Source: Ranitomeya imitator (lineage: Eukaryota). Taken from it: a DNA stretch of 64,000 nucleotides. The DNA lies in assembly GCF_032444005.1 (NCBI RefSeq), contig NC_091282.1, positions 644,428,001-644,492,000 of the forward strand, read 5' to 3'. Made by a program: the position numbers and the translations under genes. Position 1 is the stretch's first letter; each line of letters opens with the position of its first letter. Under the pieces are notes generated by a model. The model made no database searches. It worked only from the letters and a program-made list of their open reading frames with translations, and was not told the DNA's origin. This document shows positions 48,123 through 59,300 of this stretch, piece after piece.

Positions 48123-49316
48123 GTACAAGGCCGAATGCCGCCTTGAGGTGCCTTGTGAGTTCATAGACAGAGACCCCCTATGTCGTTGACAAGCCTCAGT
48201 TTTAGCCCCTTTAACCAGGCACTGAGCTTATTCCAGTCTCCGCTGTCGCCCGCATCCCCGTGGGAGCCCTCGCACAGAACAACGTGACCTTCATTCGCTA
48301 CAAACCCGGAAGAGACAGAGATGCATGCGAGAAACGGGTCAAGTATCGGAGCAGAGTCTTGGGCAGTCATGTCCTGTACACGTGGGACCCCAATAATAAA
48401 CCTCACTGGGGGGCATTACATAAACGATGACACTGCCCTCACTATGATCCCCATACAAGTAAGCTGCCACTGGCCCTTCTAAGATCAGCACACTCCTGAA
48501 GCGCTCTGTGCTGCTGTGGCCTTGGTCACCTATCTACCAGGCCTTTCTGTAACTGCACGTTCCTTCCCTTGCCGATCCTCCGCCCCTGCTGCTCGGTTTT
48601 CTTTGATCCGACCTGCGCTGAGTCATTCGTCTGTAAGAAACACTGCAGACAACCCCCGGAGCAGCGCTCCGATCGATGCCTCCCATGAGAGTTTCAATCA
48701 GGTAAATCCCTGCACGGCGGGCTATTCCCGGGGCGAAGAATCACAGGCGAGAAACGCGAACTAGTGAGATTTCTAAAACCATGTCATAAGAGAATATTTG
48801 AAGGGAAATGTCCACTCAGTGTATAGATTTTTTAAAGGGATAACATCAGCATGCAGGCGTAGGTATAGAAGAAGACAAGGGCTGCACACAGCGGAACGAC
48901 AAATCATTGTGCCGCCTCAGACAGCTGAGCGAATGGCGCCGCTGTCTGCAGCTCTGTGTGCAGGAACACCGCTGCGTCCCGTTATGTAATCCACCAACAA
49001 TGAGAAGTGCAGGTGTCCTCAGCTAGAAAACACCGCCACTCACCACCTCCTAACCCCGCAACTCAGCATCTGCACAGAAATGTACGAGAAATGGGCATAC
49101 TAAAGGGAAACTCCTCCCACCACGAGCACAAATCATACAGTAAATGCTCTGATATGGAACAGTGGGGGGGGATACAAGTACTGCCCCCTATGTACAAGTA
49201 TCTAATTACTATAATACTGCTCCCTGTGTAGAAGAATATAACTACTATAACACTGCTCCCTATGTACAAGAGTATAACTACTATGATGCTGCATTACACA
49301 TTTTAGGGTCACCCAC

Positions 49317-49392
49317 CTCTTTCATATCTCCCACGCTTCAGTCCATTTAGAAGATTCGTTAGCGGCTTTATAAAACCTTGAAGTTCACGGCA
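49317..49392 (-). CDS. CIART: CIART coding exon 2
   Basis: TTTTTAG|TGC; CRELQGFIKPLTNLLNGLKRGRYER; donor G|GTGGGT; 76 bp. Confidence 0.95.
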
Positions 49393-49522
49393 CTAAAAAG
49401 GTAAAAAAAAGAAAAAAAAAGTGAGCGATATTAGTTTTGTACCCCAAATGGCAGACTGTTATAGTCCTGTACACACCAGATGGCGGCATTACTGGGAATT
49501 ACCACCATGAGCAAAGCAGTAC

Positions 49523-50059
49523 CTTCTGGGCGAAGATCCGGTCTCCTTCTGTCACTTGTAAACTCGACTCCTTCTCCCTCCACCAACTTGAGGTCAGCTC
49601 AGTCTCCGGTTTTCGCTGCCTCTTGAGTCCTTGAGGGGATTCCAACTTTTCCTCATCTTGTAAGACTAAGTGCTTGAGTTGCTTGTCGGGTTTCTCCAGG
49701 GCCGTCCCTTCGTTAGTTAGGCTGCCCTGATCGTTACAAGAACTTGCCCTCCCGTCCGCCTCTCCCGGGTACAGGAGGTACTGCCCCGATCGTCGGAGCC
49801 ACAAGGATCTCCTAGCTTGATACTCGTTCTCTAGGCGGATTAGGACTGGGTGGTCCGCACTCGTCAGCCGGGAATTTGGGATCATATGTGAGGTTTCAAA
49901 ATCCCCTTCTGTTTTGTTGCTGCTTTCCTCCATGGAATCAGTGAGGAAGACGTCGAAGTCCACATACTTGTGCCCGTCTGGGTTGGTGGTGGTGGAATTA
50001 CTAGCAGAACACAAGGAGTCAAAAGATGACAAGAAGTCGGAGGACTCGTTATCTTCCAT
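49523..50059 (-). CDS. CIART: CIART coding exon 1 (179 codons; the exon probably starts at an acceptor at 50074)
   Basis: MEDNESSDF...VTEGDRIFAQK|GTACTG; TEGDxxFAQK matches CIART. Acceptor CCCTCCAG 15 nt upstream of the ATG. Total CDS 1353 bp = 450 aa. The start codon is inferred. Confidence 0.85.
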
Positions 50060-50960
50060 GGAGTATTCAGAGGTCTGGAGGGGGAACAAAGAAGACAGTC
50101 AGATCTCAACATAGTGGGGGGGGAAGGAACAGCCGACAGCTCTTCCAGGTCCCCTATGCGCTTGCTTCATTTGACAGCTCTCTTCACCCCCCTGCCAGCA
50201 CACAGATGGCTCTCTCCGGACCCTCCACACAAGTACTAGCTGTTAGGTTTGTCTTGACCGGCTCCCACACATATGCACATGGACTGCCATCTCCCGACCC
50301 CCCAATACACACTTCGTTCGACCAATTCCGTTCCGAGCCCCCATACACGTGCACTCGCTTTGGATGACAACACCCTCTCCCGATCCTGCAGCACAGGACG
50401 GCTGAGTCGTCACCGATTTCCCACCAGTCTGTTAATTTGGTGGTGGGAGGGGGAAGAAGGACGGGGCATGTTCAATTTCAACATGCCTGATCCTTGGTTC
50501 TCCATGTACATCAGCCGCTCCCTGACTTATCTGCCAGCTGCTTTTTATCTTAGCTCAACAAGCAAGTGCACAGGGCTGTGGGGGAGGGGATGTAAGGGAT
50601 TAACAGGGCAGGTGGATAGCCACCTTACCGTTTTTTTCCCCCAGGTCTTTGATCCTAAAAGGGTACTGCAAGCACTTCTTCCCCATTGTAGTAAACTATC
50701 CCTACAAGCAGCAAACCAATATGGAGTTCCCCTTTAAGTCTCCTAGCCTTATGTTGTTATACAGCTCAGGTCTGTTTATATAATCTGTAATTCCCTTGTC
50801 ATTAGTCCTGTCGAAAAGAAAAAAAAAAAAAAAATTGTTGACTCATTTCGCAACTCCTGAAGCAAAGGGCACGGCCCTCTGCTGGGACATGTGTGACTGC
50901 AGCTGCCAAGGCGAGGCGAGCCATCATGACACCACAGCGAGGCAATGTACGGCGCGTCGA

Positions 50961-50980
50961 CACGTGTCAGCGTTATGCAA
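50961..50980. promoter_or_regulatory. Adjacent E-box (CACGTG) and D-box (TTATGCAA) upstream of the first CIART coding exon
   Basis: CACGTG at 50961-50966 and TTATGCAA at 50973-50980, in a CpG-rich patch. Confidence 0.55.
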
Positions 50981-52059
50981 CAGCGATCGCGTTACAAAAG
51001 TGGAAAGTGACTGGGGCGGAGGGTCCGTGATCAGATCCCGACAGGAGGGGGGCGGTGTTGGGGCAGAGGGACAACGGCAAGAATGGAAATAGGGGGGGAG
51101 GGAAGACATTACAAGCTGGAAACCCTACTCCAATCAGCCAACGGCGGAGCACGGGACAACTGCTGAGACTGTGCCGCCAGCCGGCCTTGCTCTGCGCCGA
51201 CATGTGCGCGGCGGAAAACAGATTATCAAACTGGCACATGCTGTGCCCTGAGTGTATGCCAAGAGGAGCAGAGAGAAAACAAAGACCCGCCATCAACGGC
51301 GACATATACAAGCTCAGGGGAACACCACCAAAACAATCAGGTCAACCTGTGCGAGGTTACATTGTAGGTACTCCTTCCTGTAAAATGTCGTGGTCCAGAG
51401 GCCTGCAGGACTATAGGGGGCGGTCCTGTGCACATGAGCTCCTCCATGATGGCACAAACCAACCTTATGGACAGGAGCTGGTCTGAGTAGGTAATCCCCT
51501 TTTAAAAGTGGTCCCATCTTGACAAAGGGGCTTTGAAACAATCCGTCAATCAATTGGTGGCGGCGCATGTTAACTACCACATGCACAGACCCAGCCACTA
51601 GATTCGGTGGCCTTAGGGAAAGGTGGGTCTGAAAGGCTTTGCAAGAAAAAGGTAGAGGGCGAGCAGCACGTGACCATGTGCACATGTCTGATTGTCAATG
51701 GAGATGTCCCAACTAGAGGACAAAGCAGTGAAATGCTCTGCCGGAGTAATGGATGGCCGCGCATGCGCACCGCCACTGTATTAGCAGCCACAATAATCTA
51801 TGGAGATGGCCCAACTAAAGGTGTCTAAAAGGTTCAAAGGTTTGAACTCTGCACATGAGCACTGCTATGTATGCATGTGCACCGCTATGTCCAACAGCCA
51901 TATTCATCGTCTATGGGACTGTCCAAACTAGAGTACAGTGTTCTGAATTAGTCCAATGGGTTAGAATGGTGGGCCCGCAATGCCCACCATCATGTAAACA
52001 AGCCCACCGCCATGAAGGCCCTTTTGCACCAGGTGAGACTGGTGGGCCCACATGCACCA

Positions 52060-52575
52060 TGTAAACATGCTCACCGACATGTAGGCCCTAGCGTATCGGG
52101 CGAGAATGGCATGCCCGCATGTGCACCGCCATTTAGGCCCTAGGGTACTGGGTGAGAATGGTGGGACCGCATGCGCACCGCAATGTAGGCCCTAGCATAC
52201 TGGGTGAGAATGGTGGGCCTGTATGCACACCGCCATGTAAACATGCACACCAACATGTAGGCCCTGGCGTATCAGGTGAGAATGGTGTACCTGCATGTGC
52301 ACCGCCATTTAGGCCTTAGTATACTGGGTGACAATGGTGGGCCCGCTACTAAACATGCGCTATGTAGGCCCTAGCATACTGGATGAGAATGGTAGGCCCG
52401 CATGCAAACCACAATGTAAGCCCTGGCGTACTGAGTGAGAATGTTGGGCCCGCATGTGCACCACCATTTAGGCCCTAGTGTACTGGGTGAGAATGGTAGG
52501 CCCATATGTGCATCACCATTTAGGCTCTAGCGTACTGGGCGAGAATGGTGGGCCCGCATGTGCACCGCCAGGTAG
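52060..52575. repeat. Degenerate ~52-bp minisatellite
   Basis: GGTGAGAATGGTGGGCCCGCATGTGCACCGCCATTTAGGCCCTAG units; period 52 (52151 to 52203). Confidence 0.85.
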
Positions 52576-53741
52576 GCACTTAAGGTGGATTTTGCTAAAG
52601 ACTGGTCCTGGTATAATCATTCTTTGATTGGGATGGAAGTTACAGATAATGAAGACCAAATGTGCCCCTTCCCTGGCGGTCCATCATAAGTTGGTCACCG
52701 GCCGCCATAAATTACAATGTCTGCCTCCTAAAAGAGTCAGGACATTACTTCATAATTAACCGAGTGTCCATAAGCATGGCCGCTCTAGTCTATGCCAATG
52801 AGGTCTCCACATTGTGCTTTCATGAAGCGCTTTGGACAAACTTTTGGGGACTTAGGGGAACTCCACCTTCAGTCATCTACATATCAGGAGACAAAGTGAC
52901 TACTGATCCTCAGTGTGAAGGAGAAGCTGAGATACAATCGATATGTGGTGGAGTGCCCCTTTTGGAAACCGTGATTTCTGGGCTGGGGCAAATTCCCCTT
53001 GTGACTGTGCCATCTTTATTATTGCTCTGGGTTCGACCATAGTGTCTATACAAAACAAACAAGTCCTTGCCCATAGCAACCAATCAGGTCACTGAATTTC
53101 ATTTTCAAATCTGCCTCAGAAAAATGAGAGCTGACTGTTGATTGGTCGCCAAGGACAACACCTATGCTGAGGTAATATGGCTGTCTAATAAGGGCAAAAA
53201 TGGCTGTAAACGGGAAAAAGTCAATCATGATGCGGAATAAACAGTGTGACACAGGTGTGACGCTCGCAGAAAGGTTTATACAGCTCGACGGCTCATTATA
53301 ACAGCGGCAGAAGGCTCCCCTGCCAGCCAGGGCTTTATAATGAGGCGACCGGCACCAAGGCCTGTGGGAGACGCCATGTATATAGAAAGCAGCAGCCAAT
53401 CACATCGCAGGAAGGGACAGAAAAAAGCAACACTGTCTGGTAGCCACCAATGCCGGCCTGTGGAGCGGAGCAGGAGGCAGCAACATGGGGAATACGTGGC
53501 AGAGCAACAACAAACTGCCATTTCATACACCCTTAAAGGAGTGCTTCAGAAATAGAAAAAAGATGGCTCCTTCTTCCAAAATCAGAGCCACACAAGGTTG
53601 TGACTGGTAATGTGACTCAGCAATGAAGAGGTGCAATACAGCGAGCAACCTGCAGACAAATAAGGCGCTGTTTGTGGAAGAAAGCTGCTAGTGGGACAGT
53701 AAGACCCAGACCCCCAATTGCTACCGTGTGTGTGTACTTAC

Positions 53742-53908
53742 ACACTGCTCCCTAGAAACCGTCAGCATGCTGATCTTGGCCTACACACTGCTCCCTAGAA
53801 ACCGTCAGCATGCTGATCTTGGCCTACACACTGCTCCCTAGAAACCGTCAGCATGCTGATCTTGGCCTACACACTGCTCCCTAGAAACCGTCAGCATGCT
53901 GATCTTGG
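53742..53908. repeat. 43-bp tandem repeat, ~4 copies
   Basis: CACACTGCTCCCTAGAAACCGTCAGCATGCTGATCTTGGCCTA; period 43 (53761 to 53804). Confidence 0.92.
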
Positions 53909-54069
53909 CAGTAGGCACTTTGAACACTGCAGGGATTTGCTTCTTTGCCATAAATTACTAGACAGGTGAGATCTGCCCAATATTAACCCCAGATGGGTTG
54001 ATGCAGCCTCTCCCCTTTATGTGCTAACCCTTACATCAGCAGACTGTGCACCCATCACACATACACACT

Positions 54070-55465
54070 CTCTCCAGCACTGTGGCGCTGCGGCCGATCA
54101 GTTGCCTTCTCCCCTCACGGATCACACAGACACTTGCTCTCCAGCACTGCGGCCGATCAGTTGCCTTCTCCCCTCAGGGATCACACAGACACTTGCTCTC
54201 CAGCACTGCGGCCGATCAGTTGCCGTCTCCCCTCACGGATCACACAGACACTTGCTCTCCAGCACTGCGGCCGATCAGTTGCCTTCTCCCCTCACGGATC
54301 ACACAGACACTTGCTCTCCAGCACTGCGGCCGATCAGTTGCCGTCTCCCCTCAGGGATCACACAGACACTTGCTCTCCAGCACTGCGGCCGATCAGTTGC
54401 AGTCTCCCCTCAGGGATCACACAGACACTTGCTCTCCAGCACTGCGGCCGATCAGTTGCCGTCTCCCCTCAGGGATCACACAGACACTTGCTCTCCAGCA
54501 CTGCGGCCGATCAGTTGCCGTCTCCCCTCAGGGATCACACAGACACTTGCTCTCCAGCACTGCCGCCGATCAGTTGCAGTCTCCCCTCAGGGATCACACA
54601 GACACTTGCTCTCCAGCACTGCGGCCGATCAGTTGCAGTCTCCCCTCAGGGATCACACAGACACTTGCTCTCCAGCACTGCGGCCGATCAGTTGCCTTCT
54701 CCCCTCACGGATCACACAGACACTTGCTCTCCAGCACTGCGGCCGATCAGTTGCAGTCTCCCCTCAGGGATCACACAGACACTTGCTCTCCAGCACTGCG
54801 GCCGATCAGTTGCAGTCTCCCCTCAGGGATCACACAGACACTTGCTCTCCAGCACTGCGGCCGATCAGTTGCAGTCTCCCCTCAGGGATCACACAGACAC
54901 TTGCTCTCCAGCACTGCGGCCGATCAGTTGCAGTCTCCCCTCAGGGATCACACAGACACTTGCTCTCCAGCACTGCGGCCGATCAGTTGCCGTCTCCCCT
55001 CAGGGATCACACAGACACTTGCTCTCCAGCACTGCGGCCGATCAGTTGCCTTCTCCCCTCAGGGATCACACAGACACTTGCTCTCCAGCACTGCGGCCGA
55101 TCAGTTGCCGTCTCCCCTCAGGGATCACACAGACACTTGCTCTCCAGCACTGCGGCCGATCAGTTGCCTTCTCCCCTCAGGGATCACACAGACACTTGCT
55201 CTCCAGCACTGCGGCCGATCAGTTGCCTTCTCCCCTCACGGATCACACAGACACTTGCTCTCCAGCACTGCGGCCGATCAGTTGCCTTCTCCCCTCAGGG
55301 ATCACACAGACACTTGCTCTCCAGCACTGCGGCCGATCAGTTGCCTTCTCCCCTCAGGGATCACACAGACACTTGCTCTCCAGCACTGCGGCCGATCAGT
55401 TGCCTTCTCCCCTCACGGATCACACAGACACTTGCTCTCCAGCACTGTGGCGCTGCGGCCGATCC
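54070..55465. repeat. 59-bp minisatellite, ~23 copies, just inside the candidate CIART intron 1
   Basis: Period 59 (54356 to 54415); no stop codon in any plus frame, which explains the three ~500-aa ORFs. Confidence 0.97.
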
Positions 55466-55484
55466 CCCTCTGCCCCGCACTCAC

Positions 55485-55830
55485 CTGTCTGCGCGCTTTG
55501 TGCTGTCTCTGGGTGGTGTCGGCTCGTGACGCTCACTGCCCACCAACAAACAATAACGGTCCCTTTAGCCCACTGCGGTGTCTCCGGTCCTAGCAGGGGC
55601 GACGTCTCCTGGTGGCGGACTCCTCGGTGCCGAGCTCTCCTTGCTGGGCGCTGTCAGTGACAGCGGAGGTCTCTACAGCGCAAGCTGTCTCTGCACATGT
55701 GCCATATATATGGGGGTCTCCAACTGTCAGGTCAGGGGTCTCTGATGCTCGCAGCTCTGCAGGCAGCAACCGTCTCTCTCCGTCCCCGGATGTCTCTGCA
55801 GATCCCTGGGCTGTCTCACACCAGCGAACA
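55485..55830 (-). other. CIART: Candidate non-coding first exon of CIART
   Basis: Strong donor CAG|GTGAGT at 55484 on the minus strand, downstream of the CCAAT/E-box cluster. The 5' boundary is unknown and the link to CIART is inferred. Confidence 0.45.
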
Positions 55831-55839
55831 CTAAAGAAA

Positions 55840-56150
55840 CACGTGCGCCCCATCACGTGTATCCCCCTGTGCGACCGAGTCTCCTCTCCTGTTGGTCAGA
55901 GAGGACACTCCCACCTCAGCCGGAACACACTCTTGTCAGCGATCGGATTGGCTAAAGGTAGAGGAGGCGGAAACAAAAGAGGCGTGGATATGTTTTGATT
56001 GGTCAGCGGGTGGTGCGCACGCACTCGCCCATTACATGTGGACTTGGGAAACAGTAGTAGGTGCAATGTGATGGGCGGGGAGCAGAGGGCGGAGACCTGC
56101 ACGGTGATTGGAGGAATAGAAATAGTAGCGGGCGGGCACTGCTGGTGGTG
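55840..56150 (-). promoter_or_regulatory. Candidate CIART promoter: tandem E-boxes, three CCAAT boxes and a GC box in CpG-rich sequence
   Basis: CACGTG at 55840-55845 and 55854-55859; minus-strand CCAAT at 55947-55951, 55998-56002 and 56107-56111; GGGCGGGG at 56073-56080. Confidence 0.65.
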
Positions 56151-56344
56151 AGGGGTTACGGCGTGCTCATTGATGGAGCGGCGGGGTAGTGTGGGAGCTG
56201 GGACTGCTCTATGTAAAGTATGGGGGAGGAGGGGGATGGTGGTGAATGATCAATAATCGCACTAGTATCCAGTTATGACGTTATCAGGATTATTAGCCGA
56301 GACCTAAACCAGTGGGATACAATTAGATTGCGGGCCTGTATATA

Positions 56345-59300
56345 CCGAGGGGTCTGGTGTCTGTATATAGGGGGGGGGGGGGGGTCTGGTGTCTGTATAT
56401 AGGGGGGGGGGGGTCTGGTGTCTGTATATAGAGGGGGGGGGTCTGGTGTCTGTATATAGAGGGGGGTCTGGTGTCTGTATATAGAGGGGGGGGGTCTGGT
56501 GTCTATATAGAGGGGGGGGGTCTGGTGTCTGTATATAGAGGGGGGGGGGGTCTGGTGTCTGTATATAGAGGGGGGGGGTCTGGTGTCTGTATATAGAGGG
56601 GGGTCTGGTGTCTGTATATAGAGGGGGGTCTGGTGTCTGTATATAGAGGGGGGGGGTCTGGTGTCTATATAGAGGGGGGGGGTCTGGTGTCTGTATATAG
56701 AGGGGGGTCTGGTGTCTGTATATAGGGGGGGGGGGGGTCTGGTGTCTGTATATAGGGGGGGGGGGTCTGGTGTCTGTATATAGAGGGGGGGGGTCTGGTG
56801 TCTGTATATAGAGGGGGGTCTGGTGTCTGTATATAGAGGGGGGGGGTCTGGTGTCTATATAGAGGGGGGGGGTCTGGTGTCTGTATATAGAGGGGGGGGG
56901 GGTCTGGTGTCTGTATATAGAGGGGGGGGTCTGGTGTCTGTATATAGAGGGGGGTCTGGTGTCTGTATATAGAGGGGGGTCTGGTGTCTGTATATAGAGG
57001 GGGGGGGTCTGGTGTCTATATAGAGGGGGGGGGTCTGGTGTCTGTATATAGAGGGGGGTCTGGTGTCTGTATATAGAGGGGGGGGTCTGGTGTCTGTATA
57101 TAGAGGGGGGGGTCTGGTGTCTGTATATAGAGGGGGGGGGGTCTGGTGTCTATATAGAGGGGGGGGTCTGGTGTCTGTATATAGGGGGGGGGGTCTGGTG
57201 TCTGTATATAGAGGGGGGGGTCTGGTGTCTGTATATAGAGGGGGGGGGGGTCTGGGGTCTATATACCGAGGGGTCTGGTGTCTGTATATAGGGGGGGGGG
57301 TCTGGTGTCTGTATATAGAGGGGGGGATCTGGTGTCTATATAGAGGGGGGGGTCTGGTGTCTATATAGAGGGGGGGGTCTGGTGTCTATATAGAGGGGGG
57401 GGTCTGGTGTCTGTATATAGGGGGGGGGTCTGGTGTCTGTATATAGAGGGGGGGGGTCTGGTGTCTGTATATAGGGGGGGGGGTCTGGTGTCTGTATATA
57501 GAGGGGGGGGGTCTGGTGTCTATATAGAGGGGGGGGTCTGGTGTCTGTATATAGGGGGGGGGGTCTGGTGTCTGTATATAGAGGGGGGGGTCTGGTGTCT
57601 GTATATAGAGGGGGGGGGGGTCTGGGGTCTATATACCGAGGGGTCTGGTGTCTGTATATAGGGGGGGGGTCTGGTGTCTGTATATAGAGGGGGGGATCTG
57701 GTGTCTATATAGAGGGGGGGGTCTGGTGTCTATATAGAGGGGGGGGTCTGGTGTCTATATAGAGGGGGGGGTCTGGTGTCTGTATATAGGGGGGGGGTCT
57801 GGTGTCTGTATATAGAGGGGGGGGTCTGGTGTCTGTATATAGGGGGGGGGGTCTGGTGTCTGTATATAGAGGGGGGGGGTCTGGTGTCTGTATATAGAGG
57901 GGGGTCTAGTGTCTGTATATAGGGGGGGGTCTGGTGTCTGTATATAGAGGGGGGGGTCTGGTGTCTGTATATAGGGGGGGGGGTCTGGTGTCTGTATATA
58001 GAGGGGGGGGGTCTGGTGTCTGTATATAGAGGGGGGGGTCTGGTGTCTGTATATAGAGGGGGGGTCTGGTGTCTATATAGAGGGGGGGGTCTGGTGTCTG
58101 TATATAGAGGGGGGGGTCTGGTGTCTGTATATAGAGGGGGGGTCTGGTGTCTGTATATAGAGGGGGGGGTCTGGTGTCTGTATATAGAGGGGGGGGTCTG
58201 GTGTCTGTATATAGAGGGGGGGGGTCTGGTGTCTATATAGAGGGGGGGGTCTGGTGTCTGTATATAGGGGGGGGTCTGGTGTCTGTATATAGAGGGGGGG
58301 GTCTGGTGTCTGTATATAGAGGGGGGGGGGGTCTGGGGTCTATATACCGAGGGGTCTGGTGTCTGTATATAGGGGGGGGGTCTGGTGTCTGTATATAGAG
58401 GGGGGGTCTGGTGTCTATATAGAGGGGGGGGTCTGGTGTCTATATAGAGGGGGGGGTCTGGTGTCTGTATATAGGGGGGGGGTCTGGTGTCTGTATATAG
58501 AGGGGGGGGGTCTGGTGTCTGTATATAGGGGGGGGGTCTGGTGTCTGTATATAGAGGGGGGGGGTCTGGTGTCTGTATATAGAGGGGGGTCTGGTGTCTG
58601 TATATAGGGGGGGGGTCTGGTGTCTGTATATAGAGGGGGGGGTCTGGTGTCTGTATATAGGGGGGGGGGTCTGGTGTCTGTATATAGAGGGGGGGGTCTG
58701 GTGTCTGTATATAGAGGGGGGGGTCTGGTGTCTGTATATAGAGGGGGGGGTCTGGTGTCTATATAGAGGGGGGGGTCTGGTGTCTGTATATAGAGGGGGG
58801 GGGGTCTGGTGTCTGTATATAGGGGGGGGTCTGGTGTCTGTATATAGAGGGGGGGGTCTGGTGTCTGTATATAGAGGGGGGGGTCTGGTGTCTATATAGA
58901 GGGGGGGGGGTCTGGTGTCTGTATATAGAGGGGGGGGTCTGGTGTCTGTATATAGGGGGGGGGTCTGGTGTCTGTATATAGAGGGGGGGGGTCTGGTGTC
59001 TATATAGAGGGGGGGGTCTGGTGTCTATATAGAGGGGGGGGTCTGGTGTCTATATAGAGGGGGGGGTCTGGTGTCTGTATATAGGGGGGGGGTCTGGTGT
59101 CTGTATATAGAGGGGGGGGGTCTGGTGTCTGTATATAGGGGGGGGGTCTGGTGTCTGTATATAGAGGGGGGGGGTCTGGTGTCTGTATATAGAGGGGGTC
59201 TGGTGTCTGTATATAGGGGGGGGGTCTGGTGTCTGTATATAGAGGGGGGGGTCTGGTGTCTGTATATAGGGGGGGGGGTCTGGTGTCTGTATATAGAGGG

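Noticed and set aside
54021-55660. Three ~500-aa ORFs
   Set aside because: A by-product of a stop-free 59-bp unit; antisense to CIART; the track starts are non-ATG codons.
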